A stretch of DNA of 64,000 bases, taken from assembly GCA_963789385.1 (NCBI GenBank), contig CAWBKT010000038.1, forward strand, positions 121,094-185,093, written 5' to 3'. The notes under the pieces were generated by a model. It was not told the origin of the DNA. It was given only the letters and a program-made list of their open reading frames with translations, and ran no database searches. This document shows positions 9,159-18,490 of this stretch, one piece after another (position 1 is the stretch's first letter; each line of letters begins with the position of its first letter). The translations under genes and the position numbers were made by a program. The DNA is from an uncultured delta proteobacterium. GTDB taxonomy: Bacteria > Desulfobacterota > Desulfobaccia > Desulfobaccales > Desulfobaccaceae.

Positions 9159-11463
9159 GAGCGCCCTCCTGAAATACCTTTATGTTGTTTTTTCCGGCTC
9201 CAGCCAATCTGTTTGACAGATCGACCGACTGCAGAAGAAGTTCCGCCATATCTATCACTTTTATCTTATTGCCGGCGCCCAGCCTGGCAATGGATTCATT
9301 AAGCACCCGGATGCAGTACGGACATGCCGTGGCGATCACGCCGGCGCCAGTCCCGATGGCCTCTTTAATCCGAATTTCTCCAAGGCTTTCTTTGCCAACC
9401 CGGTCTTTCCACAGCCCGCCGCCGCCGCCGCCGCAACAGAAGCTCCGCTCCCGGTTGTTTTGCATTTCGATTAATTGAATGCCGGGTATGGCTGCCAATA
9501 TTCTGCGGGGTGCCTCGTATATGCCGGAATGCCTGCCAAGATAACATGGATCATGGTAAGTCACTTTAAGATCAACCCTGTTGCTGGGGTTGATAGCGCC
9601 CTTCTGAATGAGTTCGTCCAGCAGTTCAGTGTAGTGAACCGTAGTTATGTTCTTGAGACCGTCATAATTTTGCTTGAATGAATTCAGGCAGTGGGGCGAG
9701 ATGGTCAGGATTTTGGCAACGCCAGCCGTTAAAAACATTTCGGTATTCTTTTTGGCCAGTTCGGCGGCGAGATCGGCAGCCCCGATCTTGTCGGCCAGAT
9801 CGCCGCAGCAGCTTTCTTGTGTTCCAAGTGTTCCATAAGAAACCGCAGCGTAATCGAGCAGGCGCAAAAGAGCGATGCCAGCTTTTTGCTGCCTTTGCGG
9901 GCGCTGGTGTCATAGGCCGTGGTGCAGCAGGTAAACAGGCAAAATTCATGCTCTCGGGTAAAAGTCGGCAATTCTGTGCTACCCGCCCAATCCAGGCGAT
10001 TTTCCCTTTTTCCTCCCCACGGATTGCCTTCTTCCTCCAGACTTTCCAATGGTGCCTTAAAGGATTTCGGGAAACCTACGTCATCTGCAACATGACTGCG
10101 GACGGATTTTATCAGATCAATAATATTGATCCCGCGAGGGCATTGCGTCGACGCAATTGTTGCAGGAGGAGCAGGTCCAGGAGGCTTGATCGACGGAGAC
10201 GTTTGTGGCTCGGTCCAGGGCGATATCGCGCAGGACCTTCCGGGGGTTGTAACTATTAACCTCGTTCCAGGGACAGGCGCCGGTGCAGGCCCCACACTGC
10301 ATACAGCTCTGGAAGGTGTCGCCCACGTCCTTGCGGACCGCTTCCAGGTTGGCCGGGGATTCCCGCAGGGCCTTTTGTTTCAGGGTAGTCAGAAAGATTG
10401 CCAGCGGCCGGTAAAATAGGTGCGAGAGTTTTCCGAACGGTATCATAATGCAAAGCATGCCGACACAGATGGCGACATGGATCACATAGATGACGTAGGT
10501 CATGATCGGCAGTCCGGCGAGACGCGAAAAATGGACCATGATGCCGGTGGTGGCCATGGTGATGATCAGCACCAGGAAGAAAAGGTCGGTAAAATCCGAA
10601 TATCGGTGAAGGTTTTCCTCTTTTTTGAACCAGCGGCTGTACAGCATCATGGTAGCGCCTGCCATCAGGGCAATTGTGGCATAGTATCCCAGCAACCTGG
10701 TCCAGTGCCAAAATGGGTGCACAATATCTGTCTGGAATTCCGACAGATACGCCATAACCAGAATTTCCATCGACACCCAGCCGGAGAACAGGAAAATGTG
10801 CCTCCACCAGGCGCTGCCCGGGCCGGTGCCGCATTGCCGCCACCGCTTCTGGGTGAAGTAGTTGAGGAAAAACACCGGGGCCTCGGTGACATAAAGATGC
10901 AGCGGTATCTTGGCGCCTTTCATGACCCCGCGATACATGTTGAAGGCATTCGAAAACAGCGCCGCAAAGACAAAACCGATCATGATCTGGTCGCCGAGGT
11001 GGACCAGATGGACCGGCGCGAAGGTGGTGAGCTCCACCCGGTCGGTAACCACGGGGCCATGAAAGATCAGGAAAAGCGCCACCACAAAGAGTGCCACGCC
11101 AAGAAAAGCACCGACTTCCCATTTCGGCTGGGTATAAAATTTCCAGGCAAGTCCCGTCCAGTCGTACTGGGTCATCAGCCAGCGCCGGGTGGCCATCATG
11201 GTCTCGGCCGGTTCCGCACCCCGGGGACAATCGGTATTACAGGTGCCGCAATAATAGCAGAGCCAGGGTTCCGGAGCCTCCATCAGCTTGTCCCGCAGGC
11301 CAAGCTGAAGATAGCGGTAAATTTTTCGAGGAAAGGTGTTTTCTCCGGTGGACAAAGGACAGGCGGAGGCACAATTGCCGCATTGATAACACGCTTCCAT
11401 GTCCCTGGCCCCCAGCTTCTGAACCTCGCTGTATAAATCAGGGCTGATATTGTTCTTCTTCAC
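9151..11463 (-). pseudogene. membrane-anchored HdrE/NarI-like + HdrC-like + CCG-domain (HdrB/D, DsrK-like) fusion; two compensating frame changes
   Basis: ORF 10117-11529 has the N-terminal motifs CYQCGNCASACP and CYYCGTCNTDCP, about six hydrophobic helices, then CMQCGACTGACP and CSSCNNCVD. The reading continues in the ORF 9729-10295 frame (CPRGINIIDLIKS...FCLFTCCTTAYD). It then returns to the original frame in ORF 9151-9867 (SCCGDLA, HDPCYLGRH, SFCCGGGGG, ACPYC). Frame changes lie near 10125 and 9880. The start is placed at GTG 11463, preceded by AGGGGA at 5-nt spacing, because the longer ORF would contain the promoter. Confidence 0.75.
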
Positions 11464-11513
11464 AGTTTTCCCCTTTAAACAATCAACACATGTCTGATGG
11501 TTTATTATATAAA

Positions 11514-11528
11514 GCAAGATATGTGCCA
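11514..11528 (-). promoter_or_regulatory. sigma-54 (-24/-12) promoter for the hdr operon
   Basis: The minus strand reads TGGCACATATCTTGCT, an exact TGGCAC-N5-TTGC. It lies 50-65 nt upstream of GTG 11463 and is followed upstream by a 500-bp AT-rich spacer. Confidence 0.75.
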
Positions 11529-12078
11529 CTTAGTTAACTGATTGATATTTCAAAAGATAAACAAATTAAAGGCTTGTCATTCCGTCAGCTAATCGTTGGA
11601 AAATCCTACACGTTAAAAGACTAAAATTGATAACTTATTGATTATATTAAAGAAATAATATTGGAAATTCCAACAGCTTCACAGGGGCCTTGGAAGAAAA
11701 ACAATAGAAAGGAGGATGTGATTTGGAGTGAGAAGAGGGGACGCGTTTTTTTTAAAAAAAACTGGTGATTAATTTTTTAACACCTCTGCATAAAATCTAT
11801 ACAGCTCAGAATAAGGACAGAATTGAACACCGGTTGGCGGATAAAAAAAAACAGAGAAAGATACTTAACAGTTAGAAGGCCCGAGATTTGAGAGTATTCA
11901 AAAACCCGGGTGATTCATTCGACTTGTTATGTCCTCATTTTAAAAGGATTCTGGCTATTAAGGGTTTATGCAATTGCAGTTGGCATGGATATTGTAGTTA
12001 CTGATTGCAAGACAAGTTAAGTGCTACTCAATTAGAGAACGCCTGCTTTATCAGGTGTTCGAATATAGGAGGCTGGCT

Positions 12079-12291
12079 ATGAAGACAAATATCGAGCGGA
12101 AAGACCAAAGAGTGCGGGTTTCTTTCAAGGGCGAAATCCAGTGTGTCTGGATGAATGCCACAAAGGAATGCACGCACATGCTGACCGGCCGGGTGCCATT
12201 CAAATTGTGTTCCCACAACTATGACTGTAAAGACTGTGCCTATGACCAACTCTTAGATGAATACGACCGACTCCAGGTAACAATACATTAA
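12079..12291 (+). CDS. small Cys-rich protein of unknown function (70 aa)
   Basis: An AGGAGG lies 7 nt before ATG 12079. The sequence MKTNIERKDQRVRVSFKGEIQ...CTHMLTGRVPFKLCSHNYDCKDCAYDQLLDE has a C-x-H...C-x5-C-x2-C pattern suggesting metal binding. The TAA stop lies inside the IS target duplication. Confidence 0.5.
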   Translation: MKTNIERKDQRVRVSFKGEIQCVWMNATKECTHMLTGRVPFKLCSHNYDCKDCAYDQLLDEYDRLQVTIH

Positions 12292-12295
12292 GTAT

Positions 12296-13537
12296 CATTA
12301 GTGTCCGGCACAAAAATTGAATAAAGGTATTTGGTTATCGACTGATGATGGAGGACGTTTTTTCGGACAGATGATTTCCCAAAGGTTCCGATGCTCCATT
12401 AACATGGTTTGAATAAGTCGGGTCAATTCCAAGATGCCAAAATTTATGGTGCTTTTGATTTTCAACCAGATAAGCAGCAAATAGGCTATCAAAGCAGTCC
12501 AGATTTGGATTAAGACGGCATTTCGGGAAGTGCCATAAAAAGTTTTGATTTTCAGGTTTTGTTTGACCCATTTGAAAAAAAGTTCGATCTGCCAACGTTG
12601 CCGATAAAGATCAGCGATGGTGAGGGCAGACAGGTCAAAGCGATTGGTTAAAAAGACATATTCTTTGCCGGTTTCGGGGTCTCGGTAGTGCACCCGGCGC
12701 AGGGTGTCAGGATAGCTGGTAAGACCATGCTTGAGTTCAAGCGGATGATCTGGTCAGCGAGAACCCTGTCAGGAACGGGATTTTCCAACGTTTCAATGAC
12801 CTCGAAGCAGGCATTGGCTTTCAGTCGGGTAACAAACCAGACACCTTTCTGATGGAGGGTATGCAGCCAGGTATAATCGATGTAACCACGGTCAAAGATT
12901 AATAGATCACCCGGATCGAATTGCAGTGTTTTGCCAACTTGGAGGTCATGTACCTTAGCTTCGGTCAGGATCACGCATTTCGGCAGCATATCTGTCATCA
13001 CCGTGTGCAACTTAATGCCAGCCTTGCGGGCTCGAAAGGAAGCCCAAGGGAAAACGCTGGCACAGAGATCGATGGTGGTTGAATCAAGGATTTTTATGTT
13101 GGACTGCCGTTTATTTTTTCGGGTCATCTCGCCATAGAAGCGGTGCAATAACTGGTGATAAATTTTTTCAAAAATAATAGCCGGACGTTGTTCATTAGCC
13201 TCTGCTAACGTAGAGCGTTTTACCTCGGACTGGCCCAAGTGATAAAGTTTTTTGACGTGTTGATTGAGACTAAACACCAAATCTCTGAGGCTCTTGCGAT
13301 TACTGAACTGGGCGTACAGCATGGCGACAAACTGTGACCAATACGAAAATGTTCTGGGCTTCGGGCCTGCCCAGGAATGGGTATCGACGATATGGTCGAA
13401 AACATGTCTCGGGTACTAGTTGTAGCATTTGCCCCAAGATTGTGTTAAGATGTGCCATAGTCTCCATAACTCCCTTATGTTATTTGGTTTTTAGCTAAAA
13501 CATTATAACATTAATGGCGGTTACGGGGACTATTTTC
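12296..13537 (-). mobile_element. IS4-family insertion sequence (1242 bp) flanked by the 8-bp direct repeat TTAAGTAT
   Basis: TTAAGTAT occurs at 12288-12295 and 13538-13545. The imperfect terminal inverted repeats are CATTAGTGTCCGGCAC at the left end and GAAAATAGTCCCCGTAAC as the reverse complement of the right end. A DDE transposase fills the interior. GC content is lower than in the flanks. Confidence 0.8.
12298..13467 (-). pseudogene. IS4-family DDE transposase, frame changes near 13400 and 12715
   Basis: The hand-joined reading is MAHLNTILGQMLQLVP / RHVFDHIVDTHSWAGPKPRTFSYWSQFVAMLYAQFSNRKSLRD...LIFDRGYIDYTWL... / LKHGLTSYPDTLRRVHYRDPETGKEYVFLTNRFDL...YRQRWQIELFFKWVKQNLKIK. This covers ORFs 12648-13322 and 12298-12693 plus an N-terminal piece. 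Confidence 0.85.
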
Positions 13538-13547
13538 TTAAGTATTA

Positions 13548-13841
13548 TTGACCTTTTTTACGTATCCTCTACCGGACAGCAGTGAGGTAATATATTTTAT
13601 CTATAAGGATGACTCCAGCATTTTCGAAATTCATGGAACCTATGCCGATGGTCCTTTTTCCCTCTCTGAAAACGTCTCTCCCGGCGCCACGGTCGATTTC
13701 ATGGTCGGTGAAGGAGGCTATAGGGGTGGCAATACCCCCCTGCATGCCATCATCACCTTAACTGCCGCACCTCTCCCCAGCGCCCTCTGGCTCTTGGGCT
13801 CAGGGCTGATTGGCCTGATTGGCTTGAGGAGGAAGATTTAG
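13548..13841 (+). CDS. PEP-CTERM domain protein lacking an N-terminal signal peptide (possibly a remnant)
   Basis: The C-terminus AAPLPSALWLLGSGLIGLIGLRRKI is a PEP-CTERM sorting tail. The only start is TTG 13548, 3 nt after the IS target duplication, and no hydrophobic leader is present. Confidence 0.55.
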   Translation: MTFFTYPLPDSSEVIYFIYKDDSSIFEIHGTYADGPFSLSENVSPGATVDFMVGEGGYRGGNTPLHAIITLTAAPLPSALWLLGSGLIGLIGLRRKI

Positions 13842-13940
13842 AGTTAAACCTTGAAAATAGGTGTTCAGATTGTAGGAAATACTGGACATCCCCAGATAAG
13901 GCATTGAATAACCGATAATAAGAAGTGAATATCTATAAAT

Positions 13941-13970
13941 AGGCCGGGAGGCAGCTATGCATCCCGGCTT
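13941..13970 (+). terminator. rho-independent terminator after the PEP-CTERM ORF
   Basis: GCCGGGA (13941-47) pairs with TCCCGGC (13960-66) and is followed by TTTT. Confidence 0.6.
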
Positions 13971-14058
13971 TTGTAATCATTTTTTAGAGTTAGTTTTGGA
14001 AAGAAGCTTTTGAATAAAAAAAAAGGGCCGGCCAAAATCAGCTAACCCATTGAAAGAT

Positions 14059-14134
14059 TGGGGTGAGCGACGGGATTTGAACCCGCGGCCACCGGGGCCA
14101 CAACCCGGTGCTCTGCCCCTGAGCTACGCCCACC
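14059..14134 (-). tRNA. tRNA-His (anticodon GUG) with encoded G-1 and CCA
   Basis: The reverse complement is GGTGGGCGTAGCTCAGGGGCAGAGCACCGGGTTGTGGCCCCGGTGGCCGCGGGTTCAAATCCCGTCGCTCACCCCA. The acceptor stem GTGGGCG/CGCTCAC is 7 bp. The anticodon stem CCGGG/CCCGG carries the loop TTGTGGC. The T arm is GCGGG TTCAAAT CCCGT. An extra 5-prime G opposite discriminator C is typical of tRNA-His. Confidence 0.95.
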
Positions 14135-14294
14135 ACACAATGTTATAATCTATCACATGCCGGTAGGCTTGACAAGCTCAAGCGTTAAAATTACCGACAT
14201 ACTTAGAGATTAACGTGAAAAACAATTCTTCCGGAGCCGCAACCGGTGCTGTCAAGTCAACATAATTAATTGCTTAAGTGGGTTGATGAAAAAA

Positions 14295-14960
14295 CTACAG
14301 GCCCAGATCCTGCTTGAATGTATCCAGGCCCACTTCGTCGATGAGTTTGCCCAGGCGCCTTTTCTTGTTCGCCTGGATAAACCAATTGATAATCTTGTCA
14401 ATGAGCTGCATGGCCTGATAGTCGTCCAGTTCATCGGCGATGACGTCCGCCAGGCGGGGCTTGATGCCGGAGAGGAAACCGCCGGCGTAGACTCGCCAGC
14501 CGTTTTTAAAGCCTACCAGGCCGATGTCCTTGGCAGAGCTTTCGGCGCAGGAATTGGGGCAGCCGGAGACGCCCATCTTAAATTTGTACGGCAGTTCATA
14601 GCCGTGATACTTGTCGTCCAGGGCCAGGCCGACCTTGACCGCATCCTGCAAACCGATGCGGCAAAAATCGGTCCCCGGGCAGATTTTGACGGACCGGACG
14701 CACAGGCCGATGGCGGACCCCGGGGTCATGGCCAGTTCGTGCCAGACCTGGTCCAGATCGGTTTCGTTCAGTCCCACCAGGACCACCCGTTGGGCCGAAG
14801 TGAGTTTAATGGCCTTCACCTTATATTTTTCGGCCACGTCGGCCAGGCGGCGCAACATGTCAAAATCGGTGATGATGCCCCCCGGGATGTGGGGGGCGAT
14901 GGCATATGAGGCTTTATCACGCTGCAGAATGGCCCCTTTTTCCAAAATGTCTTCAGCCAC
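14295..14960 (-). CDS. small nitrite/sulfite-reductase-like siroheme/[4Fe-4S] domain protein
   Basis: Contains KICPGTDFCRIG and VSGCPNSCAES, the SiR/NiR Cys cluster, plus ILEKGAILQRDKASYAIAPHIPGGI. The start is placed at GTG 14960, which has AGGAGG 7 nt upstream. The longest ORF begins at TTG 15071. Confidence 0.7.
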   Translation of the reverse strand: MAEDILEKGAILQRDKASYAIAPHIPGGIITDFDMLRRLADVAEKYKVKAIKLTSAQRVVLVGLNETDLDQVWHELAMTPGSAIGLCVRSVKICPGTDFCRIGLQDAVKVGLALDDKYHGYELPYKFKMGVSGCPNSCAESSAKDIGLVGFKNGWRVYAGGFLSGIKPRLADVIADELDDYQAMQLIDKIINWFIQANKKRRLGKLIDEVGLDTFKQDLGL

Positions 14961-15115
14961 TGCTGTTCCTCCTGAATATGAGCCTCCAGCCGGCACTAGA
15001 GCCGAACCCAAAGCTGGTGGCTGCAAGCTGACTGGTGAACCTTGATAAAAAAATGAAGCATTAAAAGACAATAAGTCTGAACAATTGACCAGGCAAGGAT
15101 TACCTGTGAAAAATT

Positions 15116-15649
15116 TTAATCCTGGAGGCGCACCCAGGTCGCCTGGGGACCCTTAAGTCCTTCTTCCCACGCTAACTTCACCTTTTGGCCCACCTGGAGG
15201 TTTTCAAATTTTCCCTTTTTGACCGCGTTCGCATGGAAATAAACTTCCGCGCCTTCGCCGATTTCTATAAAGCCAAAATCTTCTTCCGAAAAAATTCGTA
15301 AGATTTTGCCGTTTACCGAAGTTTCAGGGTGACTTTTAACTTTTTGCTGTTTGGTATCCGACGTCTCCTGAAGGCGTCGGTCCAGGACGTCAAAGGACTC
15401 GATGATAAGGGGGTGCACCAGTTCGCCCTGGCGGGTGACGGTGAGAACGTTGCCGGGGATTGTGGCGACGATGCGGATCTCAAACTGTCCCTGTTTGTGG
15501 TGGCCGGTGCCGATGATTTCCACTCTGGCATTAACAATGGGATCATTGTAGCGATTCTGTAACCGGACCAGTTCTTCTTCAACCTTGGCCTTCCATTCCG
15601 GCAGGATTTCCAGGTTTCGACCCTCAATAAATGTATTCAATGGTAGCAT
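15116..15649 (-). CDS. ribosome hibernation factor (HPF/RaiA)-like domain fused to a C-terminal cold-shock domain
   Basis: The N-terminal ~100 aa (IEGRNLEILPEWKAKVEEELVRLQNRY...FEIRIVATIPGNVLTVTRQGE...FDVLDRRLQ) follow the RaiA/HPF pattern. The C-terminal GKILRIFSEEDFGFIEIGEGAEVYFHANAV...LQVGQKVKLAWEEGLKGPQATWV is a CspA-like S1/OB domain. Confidence 0.7.
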   Translation of the reverse strand: MLPLNTFIEGRNLEILPEWKAKVEEELVRLQNRYNDPIVNARVEIIGTGHHKQGQFEIRIVATIPGNVLTVTRQGELVHPLIIESFDVLDRRLQETSDTKQQKVKSHPETSVNGKILRIFSEEDFGFIEIGEGAEVYFHANAVKKGKFENLQVGQKVKLAWEEGLKGPQATWVRLQD

Positions 15650-15898
15650 AAGCCAACCTCCTGCTTTCTTCAGGATAATGGGTTTTTAACAAATAATAAG
15701 GCTCATGTCGATGGTATGTCCAGATTTTTTGTAAAAAAAGGCAGGAGAGTTTGCGGAACCGGCTACTTGTGGTAAGTTTAAAGATAAGCGTTCAGCGGTA
15801 AGCTTTCAACAGTAAGCTCAGGAAGATAATTTCATATAAGCCCTGTTGAAGGCTCTTAACGTAAAAAGCATTTTATTCAGCTACCGGAGGTGAAAGCC

Positions 15899-16913
15899 AT
15901 GCAGGAGGCCAGATTTTATGACAAGATAGAAGACCGGAAAGTCAAATGTTATCTCTGCGCCCATGGCTGTGTCATTGATCCACTGAAACGCGGCATCTGC
16001 ATGGTGCGTGAAAATCGGGACGGCACTTTATATTCCTTAGTCTATGGAAAAGTCATTTCCCAGAACGTGGATCCCATTGAAAAAAAACCACTCTTTCATT
16101 TTCTCCCCGGCAGCCGGTCATATTCCATCGCTACCGTGGGCTGCAATTTTCAGTGCGAACATTGTCAAAATTTTGAAATTTCCCAATTCCCCCGTTATGA
16201 GAAAAGGGACATTCCCGGTCAGGAGGTACTCGCCGGCCCAGATTGTCACCGGAGCTCAAAACAGCGGCGCCGCCAGCATCTCCTACACCTACACCGAACC
16301 CACAATTTTCGGGGAGTTTGCCTACGATACGGCAGTGCTGGCCAAACAGGCAGGCATCCGCAACGTCTTTGTCTCCAACGGCTTTATGAGTGAGAAATCC
16401 GCCACTATCCTGGGGCAGGTGCTGGACGCTGACAACATTGACCTGAAGAGTTTTTCGGATGCTTTTTACCGCAAGGTTTGCAAAGCCAGATTGCAGCCCG
16501 TGCTCGACACCATCAAGCGTATGAAGGAGTTGGGGGTCTGGCTGGAAGTGACAACTTTAATTATTCCCGGTCTGAACGACTCCGACCAGGAACTCAAGGA
16601 TGTGGCCGGCTTTTTAACAGAGGTGGGGGCAGAGATTCCATGGCATGTCTCAGCTTTTTACCCTACCTATAAAATGCTGGACCGCCCCCGCACTACCGCC
16701 GAGTCCCTGCGTCGGGCTCGGCAGATAGGGCTGGAAGCGGGACTGCGCTATGTCTATACCGGGAATATTCCCGGTGAGGACGGTGAAAAAACCTTCTGCT
16801 ATGCCTGTGGCGAAGTGGTCATCGACCGTCATGGCTACACTATCAGGAACAATCTTCTTAAAAACGGCAAGTGTCCCAAGTGTGGCGTTAGCATTGATGG
16901 AGTCTGGGAATAA
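15899..16913 (+). pseudogene. AmmeMemoRadiSam-system radical SAM enzyme (AmrS-like), one frame change near 16226
   Basis: The reading KVKCYLCAHGCVI...IEKKPLFHFLPGS...VGCNFQCEHCQNFEISQ continues in the second frame as YSPAQIVTGAQNSGAASISYTYTEPTIF...GLNDSDQELKDVAGFL...CYACGEVVIDRHGY...GKCPKCG. This covers ORFs 15890-16393 and 16044-16913. Confidence 0.8.
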
Positions 16914-17039
16914 AAGAGGCTGTCAGCAATCGGCAAAAAATATTTTTTTCGAAAATCGCCGATATTTTCTTCCGAGCGTGTTTTAAGGATATAAAGGCGG
17001 GAAAATCGTCCTTTCACCTTACAGGAGGAAAAAATAATT

Positions 17040-17577
17040 ATGACAGGTTTTCAGAAAAATTGGCTGTTTCTTATGTTGGTCGCAGTGCTGAGCCTGGGAT
17101 TCGCCACCGCCGCGTTGGCCCAGCCCCAGGGTATGGGTCCCGGCATGGGTATGGGACAATGCGGTATGGGCCCGGGCATGGGTATGGGTCATGGGCAAGG
17201 GTTGCGGTATGGGTCATGGCATGAAAGGGAGATGCAGTTGACCCCGGATCAGGCCGCCAAGGCATTTGATCTGCGGCAGAAATTTATGAATGACACGGCT
17301 GACTTGCGCAAGCAGATGTTGGTCAAAGCAGGCCGAGCTGCGCCAGCTGTGGCAGGCCAAAGAGCCTGACAAGGCCAAGATTGCGGCCAAACAGAAGGAA
17401 ATCAATGCCGTCAGGGATCAGCTCCAGGAAAAAGCCACTGCTTTTAAATTGGATATGCGCAAGGACTTCCCCGATATGGCCGGCGGCGCCGGTTGCTGCC
17501 CGATGATGGGTGGCGGCGGCAAGGGCCCGGGAGCCTGTCCGATGCCCCCTCCTGCTCCAGAGGGCGCCAAAAAATAA
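17040..17577 (+). pseudogene. periplasmic Spy/CpxP/ZraP-family protein with Met/Gly/His/Cys-rich ends, frame change near 17330
   Basis: The signal peptide is MTGFQKNWLFLMLVAVLSLGFATAALA, followed by GMGPGMGMG repeats. LTPDQAAKAFDLRQKFMNDTADLRKQML continues in the second frame as QAELRQLWQAKEPDKAKIAAKQKEINAVRDQLQEKATAFKLDMRK, followed by a GCCPMMGGGG tail. Confidence 0.65.
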
Positions 17578-17606
17578 GGTAACTCATCAATCCCTTTTTC
17601 AAAGTC

Positions 17607-17645
17607 AAGCAGGGGTGAGCCGCATGGCTTCCCCTGCTTTATTAG
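17607..17645 (+). terminator. rho-independent terminator
   Basis: AAGCAGGGG (17607-15) pairs with CCCCTGCTT (17631-39) and is followed by TATTA. Confidence 0.55.
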
Positions 17646-17720
17646 TGGTCAGTGGCCAGTGCTCCGTGATCAGGTTTAAAACTCACAGCTTCTGCTGTTT
17701 TCTGATCCCTGTCACTTTTT

Positions 17721-18254
17721 TTACGATTCAATCCCTTCCCGGGCCGACACACCGGCTTGATAATAATGTTTGATATTTTTCATTTCCGTGACCAGGTCAG
17801 CCATCTCAACGAGTTCCGGTGGCGCATAGCGGCCGGTGAGAACTACTTCCACATGCGGGGCTCTTGCCTCGAGCACCTGGACCACCTCGTGTACGGATAT
17901 TAATTCGAAATACAAGGCGACGTTAATTTCGTCCAGGATAACAAGATCATATTCGCCCCGGCTGAGGATTTCCTTGGCCTTCTTCAAAGCCTCCCTGGCC
18001 CGATGGGCGTCGGCGGGATCTACTTTGCCCCGGTGAATAAATCCTTTCAACCCGGTCTGCTCAATGACAAAATTATCTCCGAAAAGACGGCCGGCATGAA
18101 GTTCACCGGTATCTTCGCCCTTGAGAAACTGGAGCATATAAACCTTGAGGTTCCGGCCCAGGGCTCGCAGGGCCAACCCCAGAGCGGCAGTGGTTTTCCC
18201 TTTGCCTTCGCCGGTATAAATCTGGACCAGACCTTGCTCTAATTTTCCCGCCAT
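17721..18254 (-). CDS. cobO: cob(I)yrinic acid a,c-diamide adenosyltransferase
   Basis: 177 aa. The motifs IYTGEGKGKTTAALGLALRA, ...LQFLKG... and DLVILDEINVAL are the CobO/BtuR signature. Confidence 0.9.
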   Translation of the reverse strand: MAGKLEQGLVQIYTGEGKGKTTAALGLALRALGRNLKVYMLQFLKGEDTGELHAGRLFGDNFVIEQTGLKGFIHRGKVDPADAHRAREALKKAKEILSRGEYDLVILDEINVALYFELISVHEVVQVLEARAPHVEVVLTGRYAPPELVEMADLVTEMKNIKHYYQAGVSAREGIES

Positions 18255-18490
18255 ACCTGAACCTCACCTGAATCTTTCTTGCCAATCGGCGAAGGAATTT
18301 AAATTAATGTTATTTTATTACCATAATACCAGAAAATCTCAAGCGAATTAAAGATTGACCCATGGCCGTTTCTCCTTAAATTGTCAGCTGTTCTGCTGTC
18401 GGCTGCTGCCGAGGTTTAAACAGACGAGGTCTTGACGGGGCGCCGGATTAATAATACGCTTACCGGCAGCCATACCTTGGCAGGAGAAAA

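Noticed and set aside
11981-11995. A sigma-54-like TGGCAT-N5-TTGT upstream of the small Cys-rich ORF.
   Set aside because: The -12 element lacks the conserved GC dinucleotide. It is too weak to call.
12033-12056. The imperfect palindrome GAACGCCTG-CTTTAT-CAGGTGTTC just upstream of the Cys-rich ORF RBS might be an operator or RNA switch.
   Set aside because: It is a single occurrence and is short. Nothing links it to a regulator.
18255-18490. A cobalamin riboswitch between the divergent cobO and cobU genes.
   Set aside because: I found no B12-box-like core (GCCACTG-type) or the usual conserved helices by eye. I cannot exclude it without a covariance-model scan.
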